Positions 38,480-53,699 of a DNA stretch of 64,000 nt are shown piece by piece (the first letter of the stretch is position 1; the number at the start of each line of letters is the position of its first letter). A program made the translations under genes and the position numbers. The notes below the pieces were generated by a model. That model worked only from the letters and a program-made list of their open reading frames with translations, did not search any database and was not told the origin of the DNA. Origin of the DNA: Chlorokybus atmophyticus (Eukaryota; Plantae; Mesostigma and Chlorokybus algae); the NCBI GenBank assembly GCA_009103225.1, contig RHPI01001442.1:69563-133562 (forward strand), written 5' to 3'.

Positions 38480-39041
38480 ATCCATTCCAGAGAGGTTCTG
38501 CAGGTTCTGCAACGTTGATATTCGCAATGCCGGGGGGAACATCTTCATAGAAAGATTGTTGAGGGAGCAGTCAGAATACCAACAAGTCAACAAACTCCTC
38601 AAGAAGTGTTCAAGGCGGAGGCAAAAGCAAGCTCGGGCAGATAACAGGGGCAGAGAGCTCGCAATAGACACAGATGCGGGCGATATCATGGCGGGTCATA
38701 TTGCAGCAGAGACCAGAACAATCTGCCATTGGGATGATATCAAAGTTCAGAAGCTGGTATTAACCTCGCTGTCCCTTAATGCAAGTGGGCGCACTGATAT
38801 TAATGTCTTGTATGCGGACAAGTGCAGTTTAACAAGCATCGGTGGTATCCGCCAGGTTCTTGGCACCGCCAAGTTCGACTCTAATTTGAGCGTGGCGCAT
38901 TTGTTCACATGTACTGGCGATGTCAGCATAGATGACCTCCAAGCTTATAACTGCGTGCGTGTGCGCATAATACGCATGCGTATACACGCACACACGCACG
39001 TCTTTAAACAGACAAAGCTGGAAAGAAGCTCTGGAAAGTGA
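38480..39041 (+). CDS. Orphan open reading frame (~160-190 aa), unknown function
   Basis: Stop-free frame …PERFCRFCNVDIRNAGGNIFIERLLREQSEYQQVNKLL…ICHWDDIKVQKLVLTSLSLNASGRTDINVLYADKC…; protein-like composition flanked by TG-rich intron-like DNA; no start or family identified. Confidence 0.4.
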
Positions 39042-39483
39042 GATGCAAAGAGGTGATGGTGGTGTGAATGCATCAGCATCATCACAACAAGCTGAGGCGA
39101 AAACATGTTGTGTTGCGCTCGATGCAGCCAGATGATAAGTCGGGCTCTGTGATAAACAAGCGTGTGCACGCACGCACGCATGCGCGCACACAAACACACA
39201 AGCACAAATAGACACGTGTTACATCAGTGGCCCCACATCCCGCAGTTATGTAGAGTAGGCTGCTACCACCCGCCTTGTGCGCGATACTTACTTCAATTGT
39301 TAAACACACTGTGTGGTGAGATGACTTCATTTGCACGTGTGTCATGCATGCCACAATTCTTGCATCGCGGGTTTAATACACTGTCAACAAAGATTGGCAA
39401 GAGTCAATAGATTGTGGGGTCACGCCACCATGTGGGGACAAAGTGCGCCATGCGTGTGGCACGATGAAATGCTTCCCCCTTCG

Positions 39484-42400
39484 TCACAACAACTTGGACT
39501 TGTTTCTGTCTTCCGCCTCGCGCTCTTTTCTCCTCCGCTGCGCCTCCTCCACAATCTCACGCAACCTGGCTATCACCCTGTTGGCCCTGCGCAAGACAGA
39601 TGGAAGGCGCTTAGGTGACGTGAGCGAGTTATAGTACATGTATGTGGGTGAACGGGTGCGTGTCAGCGTGCTTGCGACCGTGTGTAGGCCCTTATGCGTG
39701 CGCGTGTGGGAGCGCGCATGCTGTTACCTACGTGCCGACTGTCCAGATACCGCACACATACTACATCTTGTCACTTACTCGTGGAGGTTCATATCGTTGA
39801 CGCGTATCTGCTCGTTGAGCATGCGTATCTCCGCCTGGTGCTTGCGTGCGAGGAAACCCCTCACAACCGCCTGCAGACGGATCGTCGCCGCCGCGTACGC
39901 AGCGTTCAACTTCCGCTCCACGCTCGTGTCCAACGTGGCCCTGTCATCGCACGCAGTGAGAAAGGTGTACACCTAGTCTCTGCGTGCGTGCCTGTGTGTG
40001 TATGACATGTTTGCGTGTGTGCACAAGCTCGCGTGGATGGGCTGGTGCATATGTGTCTTTGCGTGCGCACACACGCATGCATGGGCACACATGCGTAGCT
40101 GCATGCGTGTGCATGTGTGTGTGTCGGACAGCGTGTGTCTCTCTCCTTGCCTGTCAAAGAGGACCGCGTACGTGCGGTTGATGCGTGTGGCGCGTGTGGC
40201 CCGCACGCGCTCCAGCTGCCTCTCCACCTTGTACGCGACTTCCTCGGGGAGATCCAGCAGCGATGTGGAGAGGGAACAGAGAGGTAAAGGTCAAGGATAC
40301 ACAGCAACAACAACATGATGGTGAGCGATTGGTGTGATGGTTGGTGTGTTGGGTTTGGGCAATGTGTTGGGGAGGATATGTTTGGCCGTAGGCGTGGCGG
40401 CAGAGGAGGAGGAGGACGTCGACGAAGAAGACGCCGTTCTTGTGCACGGGCAGCGTGTGAATGAAGCGGATCATCTTGCCACGCGAGCGCTTTACGCTCT
40501 CTGCTCACGACCACGTCATTCAATATCATACGCACATGGGCGCCCACACGTGTGCGTGTGCGTATGACATACCTATCTGCAGAGTTACAAGTGCACGTAG
40601 GCACGCACGCACTGCACACGCACAGTGTACTGCCTTTGCACTCAACCACGGTGCACGCATAGCTTGCCTGGGGGGCCCAAAGGCGGCGGGAGGGCCTTCA
40701 ACAGACTCTCCAATTGGGTCTGTCGATGGGGAGACAACATATGTGTAAGATGATACACAGATGCGTATAATATACAAAGAGGGTTGCATTCACTGGATGA
40801 AGCTTTTAGTTGCATGCGCTTACCGCAGGGATGAAGTTGGTGCCTTTAGGGTCGAACTCTTGCCACACCCTCATGTAACTAGCAGACGGCGGGTTGGTGT
40901 TTGTGAGCATGGGTGGGTGGCATGAGAACAAAATAGACCCAACAAACATACGCACGCACACGTACCTGTCGACGTCTTTGTCTGGCACGCGCACGCGGTC
41001 CATGTCGCTCTTGGTCTCGTCGAAGCTCTCCAGAATGACGGCGATGAACATGTTGAGGAAGATGAACTGGCCCAACACCTGCATGTTGTGATATATGTTT
41101 CAACATCATGTTGTGTTTTGTGTCGGCAGTGACAAGTCCACACGCACGCTGAAGCTGAGGAAGTAGAGTGGCGCGAGCCTCGACCCGCACGAGCGCGTGG
41201 CCTTGCAGTCGCCGTCCGTACGCATGCACGCGTACATCAGCTGATCCCAACTCTCACCAGTCGACATCCTGAAATCGAGAACACGTATATGTGTATGTGC
41301 ATGCTTGTGCATCTGCCCATATGTGTGTATATGTGCGTGTGTACGTGTGCTTACATAGGCGCGCGTACACGCACTCATGTACACACGTGTGGGTGCGTAC
41401 GTGCGTGAGCATGCGAGTAGTTGTGTGCGTGTCTCGGCATATGTCAGTTGGTGCGTGTGCGTGTGTCTGAGACCTGAAGAGCGTGAGTATGGCGATGCCA
41501 AAGTTCTTGAAGTTTGCGTGTCTGTCTAGCGGGTCGTTGAATCCCACGCGTCCGAAAAACGCCACGCCCATGACCGCGTACACGAAGAACAGCACGAAGA
41601 GGAGGATCGCCACGTTGAACATCGACGGGAACGCCTTGCTGCGTGCGAGTGAGTGAGTGAGAGAGTGAGCGAATGAGGATGAGACCCAACATGCGGTGCG
41701 ATGTGTGCGTACGCGAGGGTGAGGAGGAGGACTTTGAGGTGGTGGAAGTAAGAGACCACGCGGACTAAGCGGGCCACGCGAGCCACGCGGAGCACGTTGG
41801 CGCCGCCTTGCAAACCCAGAGCGATGCCTGTAAGGAGACAATGAAGGTCACACCGTATGCCAACATGTTGGGTGTGCCCTGTGTGACATGTGTGCCACAT
41901 GCGCAGTGGCGTGTGGAAGCAGGTGAGCGTATGTGTGAAGTGCGTCGCATGCGAGTGTTTGCTTGCGTACCAGCGCCTCTGTGACATGCGTAAGCTTGCG
42001 CATGCACTTGTGTGCATATGCGTGTGGGTGTATGCGCATCCCCCCACCCACCCATGATCGAGATGGTCACCAGGAAGAAGTCATACACCCTCCACCCGCT
42101 CGCAAAGAACCTCGCGGGTCCCAGCGCCACGACCTTCACGACCAGTTCCACCGCGAAGGCCACCGTGAAGAACGTGTCCGCCCCGTCCAGGAACCTCCTG
42201 TACTTCTCGGGCTCGTGCATCCCGCGCGTGCACATCAGCGCGGCATTGACGAGGATGAGGGAGATGGTGAAGCCTTTGAACAGGCGGGACATGGCGACGT
42301 CGAAGAGGAAGGCGCGGAAGGGGGAGCGAGGACGCTGGCGTTTCGGGCGGGCGGATTTCTTGAAGAGCTGGTGCTGGACGTGTGTTGGGAGAGGAGAGGT

Positions 42401-45400
42401 TAAGGAGGAGACACACACGCACGCACGCACGCACGCACGTACACATGCATGTGTGCACGCGTGTGTTGTAGGCATGCAATATACGTTTGTGCGCGAGTGC
42501 GCGTGTGTGCGGTTGTATGCATGTGCAAGTGCGGGTCTGTGCGTGCGTGCGTGCATGCACGTGAGCAAGCGCAAGTGTGTGATACACACAATGCACAGCG
42601 CAGGCCAGTCAACCACACACGCACATGCTCGCACGCGCACGTGTTATGTATACGCAGACACGCAAGCATGTGTGTGTGCGCGCGTGTGCGTGTTATAGTA
42701 GTACGCGTGTGCGATGCACTTGTGTTGTTGGTTTGGATATCAAGCCACTGCTTCTGTCTGGCCGTGAGGAACACCGACGCGATGGACGTCTGCGCCTTGA
42801 GCGTCACGAACGAGTCGACCATGATGCCGATGAACATGTTGAAGAGGAGCAGGTTGGACACCAGCATGAACACGATGAAGAAGAGGGCCATGGAGGGGTT
42901 GGCGCCTTGGACGCAGTTGTCCGTGTTCTGGTTGGGACACAAACACACATACACACACGCAGAGTCAGTCAGTCGCTGATGTGTGAGTCGACAGTGGTAG
43001 TCAAGTCAAGACGTCTTGTTGGAAGGCAGCATCAGTGTTGGATGGTCTTACGCTGTTCTTCTGGCTGCAGTCGATGCCAAAGTACATCACCTGCCACAAC
43101 CAACCAACAACAGTGTTGAGTCAATGTGTGCATGTCTAAGCGCATGTGTGTATGTGGGTGTGCACACGCGCGTGCGCGTGTGCGTGCATGCGCGCGCGTG
43201 TGTATGTGTACGTGCGTGCGTGCGTGCGCATGTGAATATGTGCATGTGTAGCATGATGTAGGTATCTCTGTTCTGTCTCCTACCAGTTCCCAGTTCTCCT
43301 GCGTCGTCATCGAGAACAAGCTCACGATGCTCCTCAGTATGTTATCGAAGTTTGGATCCGCCCGCGTCCACGTGTACCCCGCGGCCAGACACGCGTCCTT
43401 GTTGGGGATCGCCTCGCCGCCGTACAACGGAGCTGCGGGATCGCTTGAAGCGTCGCAGTAGTAGAAGGAACCTGTGTGTGTGTGTATGTGGGTGGGTGGA
43501 TGTGGGAGTGGGTGTGGGTGTGGTGTATACAGAGAACATGTGTGCGCATGTGTGCTTATGGAGCATGTGGGTGTGTGCATGAGCGCGTGTATGTGTGATA
43601 CACACACTACATATGCATGCATGTGCTTGTCCAGAATGCTGTGCATGTGCGTGTGCGTGTTCGTGTGTTTGATAGAAGCTTTCTGACTGACCCAAGAACA
43701 GTTGCATGCCGATGATGCTGTAGGCTATCCAGAAGATGGTCGTCATGAAGACGAGGTTGGCGGCCGCGGGGAACGAGAGCACCAAGGCTTCAATCACCAC
43801 CTGCATGAGAGACACACATTCGTATGTGTGCTGTGATACAAGGACTGCACTGCTTAGACCAAGCCATGCGCTTGAGTGCATGTCTGCGTGTGATGTGTTT
43901 GTACGTGTGCATGTGCATATGTGCGCGAGTGTCTGCATGTAGTTACTTATGTGCATACGCAGAATTGTGGGTATATGCGCATGCGCGTGCGCGTGTGCCT
44001 GTGAGTGTGAGTGTGAGTGTGCCTGTGCATGTATGCATGTGCATAGTGCGAGTGATGGACAGACATTGTGTGTAAGAGCGTGCACACGCATGCATGTGTT
44101 GGCACGTGTATATGTGTCTTGCCTTTGCTTCAGAGAATCTTGGTATGAGTCTCAGCGGCCTGAACACTCTTACGACCCTCAGCGCGGACAGACCCGGCAC
44201 CCCTCGTATGTGGTCGAGGATGAGACCGATGAGCGACACCAGCACGATGACCATGTCCATCACGTTCCACGCGTCGCGACGGTAGTTGGTGAAACCGAAC
44301 GCGAGCATCTTGACGCACATCTCGACGAAGAAGATGGAGACGAAGAGGAAGTCGAAGATACCCAACAACTGGGCACACACGCACGCAGACACACAAGGGC
44401 ATTACAGCAAGAAGTAGAGGAGCAGCAGCAGCAGCAGCAACAACGACGATGACGACGACGACGACAACCAGCACAACCAGAACACCAACACAACCATCAC
44501 CAGCCATCCACGCACAGACAATGACACCACCACCACCACCAATACCATAATAAAGCATCACCGACACACCCGTACCACCAACAAAACCATAACAACTTGA
44601 ACGACACCCTCCCCGCACTCACTGTGTGTAGTTTGGAGGCGCTGTCCTGTACGGTCGGGCTGTCGACCGCGAGCAGTATCGACGACGCAACCACCATGGT
44701 GATGATGAACGACTCGAACACGCTGGACTTGACCACAACACAAAGCCTCAACCTGAACCCTGTCAGCCAACGCCTGTCCACACCATCACCGGACCCACTC
44801 TCCTCTCCGCGATGGTGATCATGTTGTGACGGTTGTTCTCCCTGTTGTGCTGGATGTGGTTGTGGTTGTGATTGTGATTGTTGTGGCGGATGGGTTCCGG
44901 CGGTCCCTCCGTCGGTTGGCACAGCGGCGTCTGCTTTGCTGCTCCTTCTGCTTGTCGTGTTGCTGTCGGTGTTGAGGTCCAACTTGGTGTGGCTCTTGGC
45001 CTCCGCCACCACTTGGTCCCACGCAGGCAGCTGGACATCAGCCTCCTGTGGTGTCAACACAACAACATGAGTAACTGTGACTGCGTGTGGGTGCGCGTGT
45101 GCATACATGCATTGGGATACAACAACGACACGTTGTTGTCGTGTCCTCACCGCGCTGGAGGCCAGCTGCGCTATGTTGTGTACGGCGAGCTCGCTCGTGG
45201 CTTGCGCCAGCCCCTGCAGATGCTTCAGCGCGTGCGGGTCCTAAACAAGAATGCAGTGACTGAGTGAGTGAGTGAGTGAGATACATCAATTCCACGCACA
45301 CACACTTACCTTCTGTTCCGCTGCGAGCGCCGCCACCGCCCGTTGCAAGTCCCTCTCCAGCCTCGCGTCCACGCTCCCGAACGACGAGACGCTCCGGCTG

Positions 45401-46482
45401 TCGTCGTCGTCGCTGGCGTCGTTGTCGGGGTCGTCCTCTTCTTGGGAGGCGAAGGAGGCGAGGAGCATAGCGAGGAAGACGTTCACGGTGAAATCTGCGG
45501 GGGAGGAGTGTGGGTGGGTGGGTGGGTGGGTGCGTGCGTGTTGGGATAAAGTGTTGTGTCATCCCCACGTACATGCGCCGATGAGCACCGCCAGTATCCA
45601 GTATATGACCGACTTGGTCCCCGCGAAGTGCATCCCGTCGAACATCAGCGAGTCCCAGTTGTCACCCGTAAACACCTGATGACACACACGCCCCATCATC
45701 ACCCACCCACCACCACCAGCACCACCACCACAACAACAACATCAACAGCTTGCCTGGAAGACAGTGAGCATGGCTGAGCCGAAGTTGTTGAACGAGTTGC
45801 GCGGGCTCATGGCGGCGGAGAAGTCGTACATGCCGCCGAAGATCTGCATGCCGGAGAGGCTGAATATCACCACCATAAGAAACTGCCCACACACGCACGA
45901 AGTTAGTTTGGGTTGTGATGTTGGGTGTTGAGTGTTGAGTTGTGGGTGTGATGGTGGTTGTATTCACCAGGAAGAACATGAACTCCGCCAGGCCCTTGAG
46001 CATGTCGGCCACGAGGGCGAAGAACTTGCGAAGACGCCTCCAAGACCTGGGAGACATGCGTGTGCGTGTGCGTACATGTGTGCATGGTCGTCTGCAAGTG
46101 TGTGATTGCGCATGCGTGTGTGCTTATGTGCCTGTGTGTTCACCTGACCACTTTGAGTATTCTGAGTATGCGGAACACCCTCAGCGCCGTGAACGATCTG
46201 CCAAAGTTGATGAATTGAAGGGCGCTGCTCGCCACCACGATCGCATCAAACAGGTTCCATCTACACGGCTTCGTCCAGTTAGTGCTGATACTCGACCAGT
46301 GCAGTTGTGAGATGAAAGCACAACACTTTGAGAAAACAACACAACACAACACAACTCACTTGTCGGCCCACCAGCGCTTGAAGCCGAGGACGGTCAGGCG
46401 CACGAGGGCCTCGATGGCGAAGAACACCAGGAAAGCGTTGTTGAACATGTCTGAACAAAGATAGCAATGTTTGCGTTGATAC

Positions 46483-46519
<37 letters not shown>

Positions 46520-46758
46520 CACATCTCCCCTCCTTACTTAGTACATGCGCGTATCGCGTGCTCATCCCGTCGTACGCGACCGCCAGCACGAGCGTGTTGA
46601 TCCCGATGACGACCGTCACGACCGTCTCGGCGCGGGGACTGATTACGTACGGCTCGGCGCGGCGCTGGAAACGCCGATACAAACTCGAACCCATGTCCAC
46701 CAAACTGGTAGATTGGACACAGTAACAGTACTCAGCATGATGTTGCCTCTGGAGCATG

Positions 46759-46793
<35 letters not shown>

Positions 46794-47088
46794 CTTACCT
46801 GTTGACTCTCAGCAGCTGCGGTCCCGCGTGCTTGTGGTCGCTCGTGTGCGGTCCGTACAGGAACGTCTTGATGGTGCGGAAGTAGTCCCGCAGCCGCGGG
46901 AACTCCCACTCGAAGAGGCGGCCGGCCTGGGAGGCGCGGGAGGCGGCGTCGGCGGCAAGGAGTCTCTTCTGCTCCAGCAACTGGGGAGAGGAGAAGAGTG
47001 AGCCAGTTGTCGTGAATTGTGTTGGGTGTTGGTTGTGGATGTGTGGGTGGGTAGGTGGATGGGCGCGATGTGTGTGCGCGAGCGTGCA

Positions 47089-47119
<31 letters not shown>

Positions 47120-47892
47120 GCATGTTTGCATGCGCGCGTGCGCACGCAAGCATCACACAAGGAGACATGCACGATCGCGCACAAACACACATGCGTGCAC
47201 ACAAGTGCATGTCGCCTTGTGTGCATGCCCTCAAGTGCGCGTTCATGCATGTGCGCGCGTGCGCGTTCATGCATGTGCGCGCGCGCGCGTGTCTGCGGGC
47301 TTGTGCGTGTGTGTATGGGTGTCTCTTTATGTCTTACTGAGCGGGTAAACACTTCTGTCATGACTGCCGTGACGAGGTTGAGCACGACAAACGCCCCGAA
47401 GAACACCACGATGACGAAGTAGATCGCCGCCCAGCCCACCGTTGCATCTTGAGCCTGAGCATTGATGCTGTGTGTCAACACACACGCACATCCACACGCG
47501 CGCACGCGCATGCACACAGCCTACCTTATACATCAAGTCGGTCCACCCGGACAGCGTTACAAGCTGGAATATGACCAGAAACGCCGAGAGCAGGTTGTCA
47601 AAGTTGGTGATACCTGCAATACGACCACACGTCACCACCACCAACACTCCCTCGTCATCCCAACGTAACGTGCGTGCATCCATGACGCGTCTTACCAAAG
47701 TTGGGGTTGTCGAACCCGCGCACGCATGAGACCGTCTCGTTGCTGCTGTCGACGGGGCCGGTCGGGCACGTGTAGCCGCCCCACACGGTGAGGTTCACAC
47801 GCGTGCAGAGCTGGGGTTGGTACGGGAGATAAAAGGTGAGATACACACCGAGACGAAGAAGTTGCAAGGAGCTGCACACATATCCACACATG

Positions 47893-47924
<32 letters not shown>

Positions 47925-50448
47925 TAGTGCTCACCTGGCCCGAGTCATCATACGCCGTGCCATTTGCTGTTTCGGGTGAAAAAGTCAACAAGACGCAAGA
48001 TGTACTAAAATCAATGCACACACAACAAACAAAGTATATATACAGCTTACCAAAGGCGCACTGTTGGCCGTAAGTGCCAGAGAACAGCTGCAGAGCATTG
48101 GCATAGCGTTAGCACGTTAAGCATCTCGACTGAAGCGAGCATGCAACCCACACAACATAACAACATTGTGCTGTGTGGACTCTCACTCTCTCACCTGCAC
48201 GCCGACCACGCCGAAGATGACGAACACGAAAAACGCCAGCACGAACACGTGCAGCACCTCCTTGGCCGCAAGGATGGCGTTGTGCACCATCAGCTTGATG
48301 CCTGGCCAAGGAAAAATCGTGTAGTGAGAAAGGTGGATGAGTAACCAGAGACACGCACACGCACAGGCACAGGCACGCATGTGTGGGTATGTGTACCCGG
48401 GAAGGCTGTGAGTGCCCTGAGCGTGCGCAGTATGCGGAAGATACGGATCGCCGAGGACGTGGAGTTGCGCCGCACCGCCGTGAACGCGATCACCAACCAC
48501 CTTCACATGGACAACATTGACATTGATGTGTGTGTGCGTGCGGGTAGGTGGGGGTGGGGGTGGGGGTGTACCCTGTGATGACGACGATGGTGTCGAGTAT
48601 GTGCCATCGGTTGGCCACGTACGTGCGGGGTCCCAGTGCCAGCAGCTTCAGGGCCATCTCGCCCGTGTAGATGACAGTGAAGAACAACTCTGAACACACA
48701 CACACAACACGTGTCATCGCGTGAGTCAGTGAGTGAGAGTGAGTGAGTTGGTTGAGTTAGTTGACTGTGTGTGTGCGCGCGTGCGGGCGCAGATGGCCGT
48801 GTCTGCAAGTGCGCATGCGTGTGGGCGGGCGTGTGTGCGCGTGTGCGTGCGTGTGTGCGTGTGTGTGTGTGTGCCTCAAGCATTGACCTGCCCAGCGCAG
48901 GAGCTGGTTTCGAAAGGAGGTCTCGGGTTGCGTGGGGGCGTACATAGCGAGAAACACACAGTTCAACTGTGTTCCACACAAATGAGCAAACACGCAGAGT
49001 ACAAGTCAGCAACTACAAGTCTTCAAGGCTCCTAGAAAGCTCACTTCTCACATGTGCAGAGAGAAGAGATACTCTCTCTCAGCCACTCACCGTGACAGAG
49101 ACTGCGATGAAGAACATGAAGCGCCTGCAACAGAATACGGTTGTGTGTTTGTACGCATGCGTGTGGGTGAGAGCGTGGGCATGTGTGTGCATGAGTATAT
49201 GTATCAGCATGTGCATGCGTGCGCCACACTGCACGTGCATGAGGTGCTTGTGCATATGCATATGATTTGTGGGCCAAGCCAAGCGCAAGTAAAATGTGTG
49301 CATGCAGGCGTCCGCGCAGACACTCACTTCCTCAGAACCATGTTTATAGGGAATCGCCTCAGCACGTGATCGCGAGGCAGCCCGAACGCGTATTCGGGAG
49401 GCACATCTTCAAACCCCTGTTGTTGTTGTTGTTGTTGTCGAGTGAAGTCACCAACAACATGACACAACCTAACACAAGGTTGCGTTGAGCGTCTCTCACC
49501 AGCTTGCGTGCAACAGTGTTGGGACTTGCGGCTGCCGCCGGGCACGTGCGCCCTTCTCCCCACTCAGCTGCACCGACACAACAACAACAACAACAATGTG
49601 AGAACTCCGACCTCACACACAACCGAACAATGTGCTGACTCTCAAGAGAACCAACACTCTCGCTGTTCTCTCTCTCTCACACTCATTGCGGTCGTTAAGG
49701 TGTATACTCGCAGCCGCCCCCAACACCATCTCCCACTTCTGAGTCAATGGCACACCAGGCTGAGGCTGCGGCTGCTCCCTGCACACACAAGAACACATGT
49801 CCACCACCACCAACAACAACAACAACAACATGCTCCGTGTTCTTGCTTACATCTTATCATTCTCGCTCTGCTTCAAGTCGGGCGGCTCAGACTGGGCAGT
49901 CTCCACCACACCATCCTGTTGTTGTTGTTGCTGCTGACTCCTCTCCTCACTCTCACTCTCCTTCTCCTTCTCCTTGTTGTTTGGAAAGCTACCCTCCTCC
50001 TCCTCGTCTTCATTGATAGCGTGCATGGCCATGTGTCCCACAGTCATGCTGACGTTGGCACTGGCCGCCCCGGACGTGCCCGCCGTGCTCGGATCAACCT
50101 CCCCGCCGTCGTCGCTGTCGTCCATCAGCAGTTTCTGCGAAGTGGGGAAGTAAGGTGTGCTATGGAATGGTGTATGTGCATGCATGTGTGCGTGTGGTCC
50201 CATGGATCCAAACGCACACACTTTCCAGCGTGAGTGTGTGTGTACGCGCTGGGACTTGCACCGACCCATTTATTCGGCAAGCCTGTGACTTGATTGTTCA
50301 TCCCACTTCAAATTCAAGACTCTGAGAACAATCGCATGCACAAATGCTATGCGTGAGTCTCCACCTTTTTGCGCTTGCGCTCCAGCCGTTGCAGCTTGTG
50401 CTTGATCCTGGCCATCTCCCGCAGGATCATCTGGTTGCTGCTCGTCAT
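39484..50448 (-). CDS. Four-domain (4x6TM) voltage-gated cation channel alpha subunit, CaV-like; more than 30 exons; 5' end tentative
   Basis: Four S4 segments (SAIRIFRILRTLRAL; TALRVFRILRILKVVR; SALRVVRVFRPLRLIPR; NVLRVARVARLVRVV). Four pore loops (FQLVTLSGW; VFTGDNW; FSMTTQENW; FRMSTGESW) and S6 motifs (VLNLVTAV, NVFLAMLL, FNMFIGIM, LNMFIAVIL). C-terminal EF-hand-like VWQEFDPKGTNFIP and IQ motif ATIRLQAVVRGFLARK. TGA 39486-39484; candidate ATG 50448 (MTSSNQMILREM) splices in frame. Confidence 0.95.
46484..47117. repeat. (CA)n microsatellites in channel introns
   Basis: Pure (AC) runs at ~46484-46516, 46761-46790 and ~47090-47117; further runs at ~47903-47923. Confidence 0.95.
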
Positions 50449-50999
50449 CTTGAACACGGAGTCGCACTCTCTCAACCCCAAGAGTCGCTATACACAGGAT
50501 TCAACACTCAACTCTGTGTACATTGCCGATATGCTGATCACCCACGCCGCCGCCGCCGCTGTACACGTGGCACTCCGCCCCTGCTTCAACCCTAAAAAAC
50601 TCAAAGCTAACTTCTGGGTCAGTTCTAACTCCACAGCTTACCGCGGCATCTAGTCAAATTGACTGAGTCATGAAGCCAGAAACCAAGAAAAGCCGCACAT
50701 TCACCAGCCGTTAACCGTGACCTGTCGCCATTCCTCAGTCATCTTCGCCGTCAGGCGTCATCACGTGAGGCAACTGCCCCCCATCATCATCTACCTTACG
50801 AACCGGTTCCACAACCACCGAACTCTTCCGGCTCTGTTGATTCGAGTCAGAGTCCGCTCTTCTCCCGCGGATTAAGCATATCACATCTGGCCCTGTCGCT
50901 GTGCATGTCGTTGAGGTTGAGGTTCAGCGCGTAGGCGGCGGCGGAGGAAGAGGAAGAGGAAGAGGAAGAGGAGGTGGAGGAGGAAGGTGTGCGGTAGTT

Positions 51000-53148
<2,149 letters not shown>

Positions 53149-53699
53149 ACGGCCTGGTACTTAATCAATGTGGTCACAATGCAGACGGCAGCAGGACACC
53201 TGTTCGCCAGTGTGTTTGCGAGCATGAGGATGCGTGACAACATCGCGAGGGACGAGAGTCAAAGTCATTGCGCAGATGGTGATGCATGCCGGTGGCTAAC
53301 GCAGCAATCTGGCATGCTACCTGCTGCAGGTTAGGGAGAGAAGTGTTGGTAGGGTGCGTGCTTGTGTGTGTGCGAGCGTGTCTGTGTACTTATTGTGTCT
53401 GGTGTGCGACAGAGCCTTTGTGGATGTGGCAAAAGTGGTATAGTGCAAGCGCAGGCCGGCACTATGCATGCCATCGCACCACGGGGGAGTGCAGGTAAAG
53501 GCAACATATATCGGTGTGCGTGTCAAAGATGTATGTGTGCGCGTGCACGTGCATGTGCGCGTGTGTGTACGCTTGCCATATGGTTGTTTCTGGGGGTGTC
53601 GCAGGTGGGTTCCGTCATGATGGCGGCAGCATGTAGGGTATGTACAGAAGCAGTGCTTTACAAGCACGTGCGCGGCTGAAGTGAACTGTATATAAAATG

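Noticed and set aside
39700-49400. Many 100-290-aa ORFs rich in H/T/R or V/C/A
   Set aside because: Translations of TG/CA microsatellite introns and antisense shadows of GC-rich channel exons.
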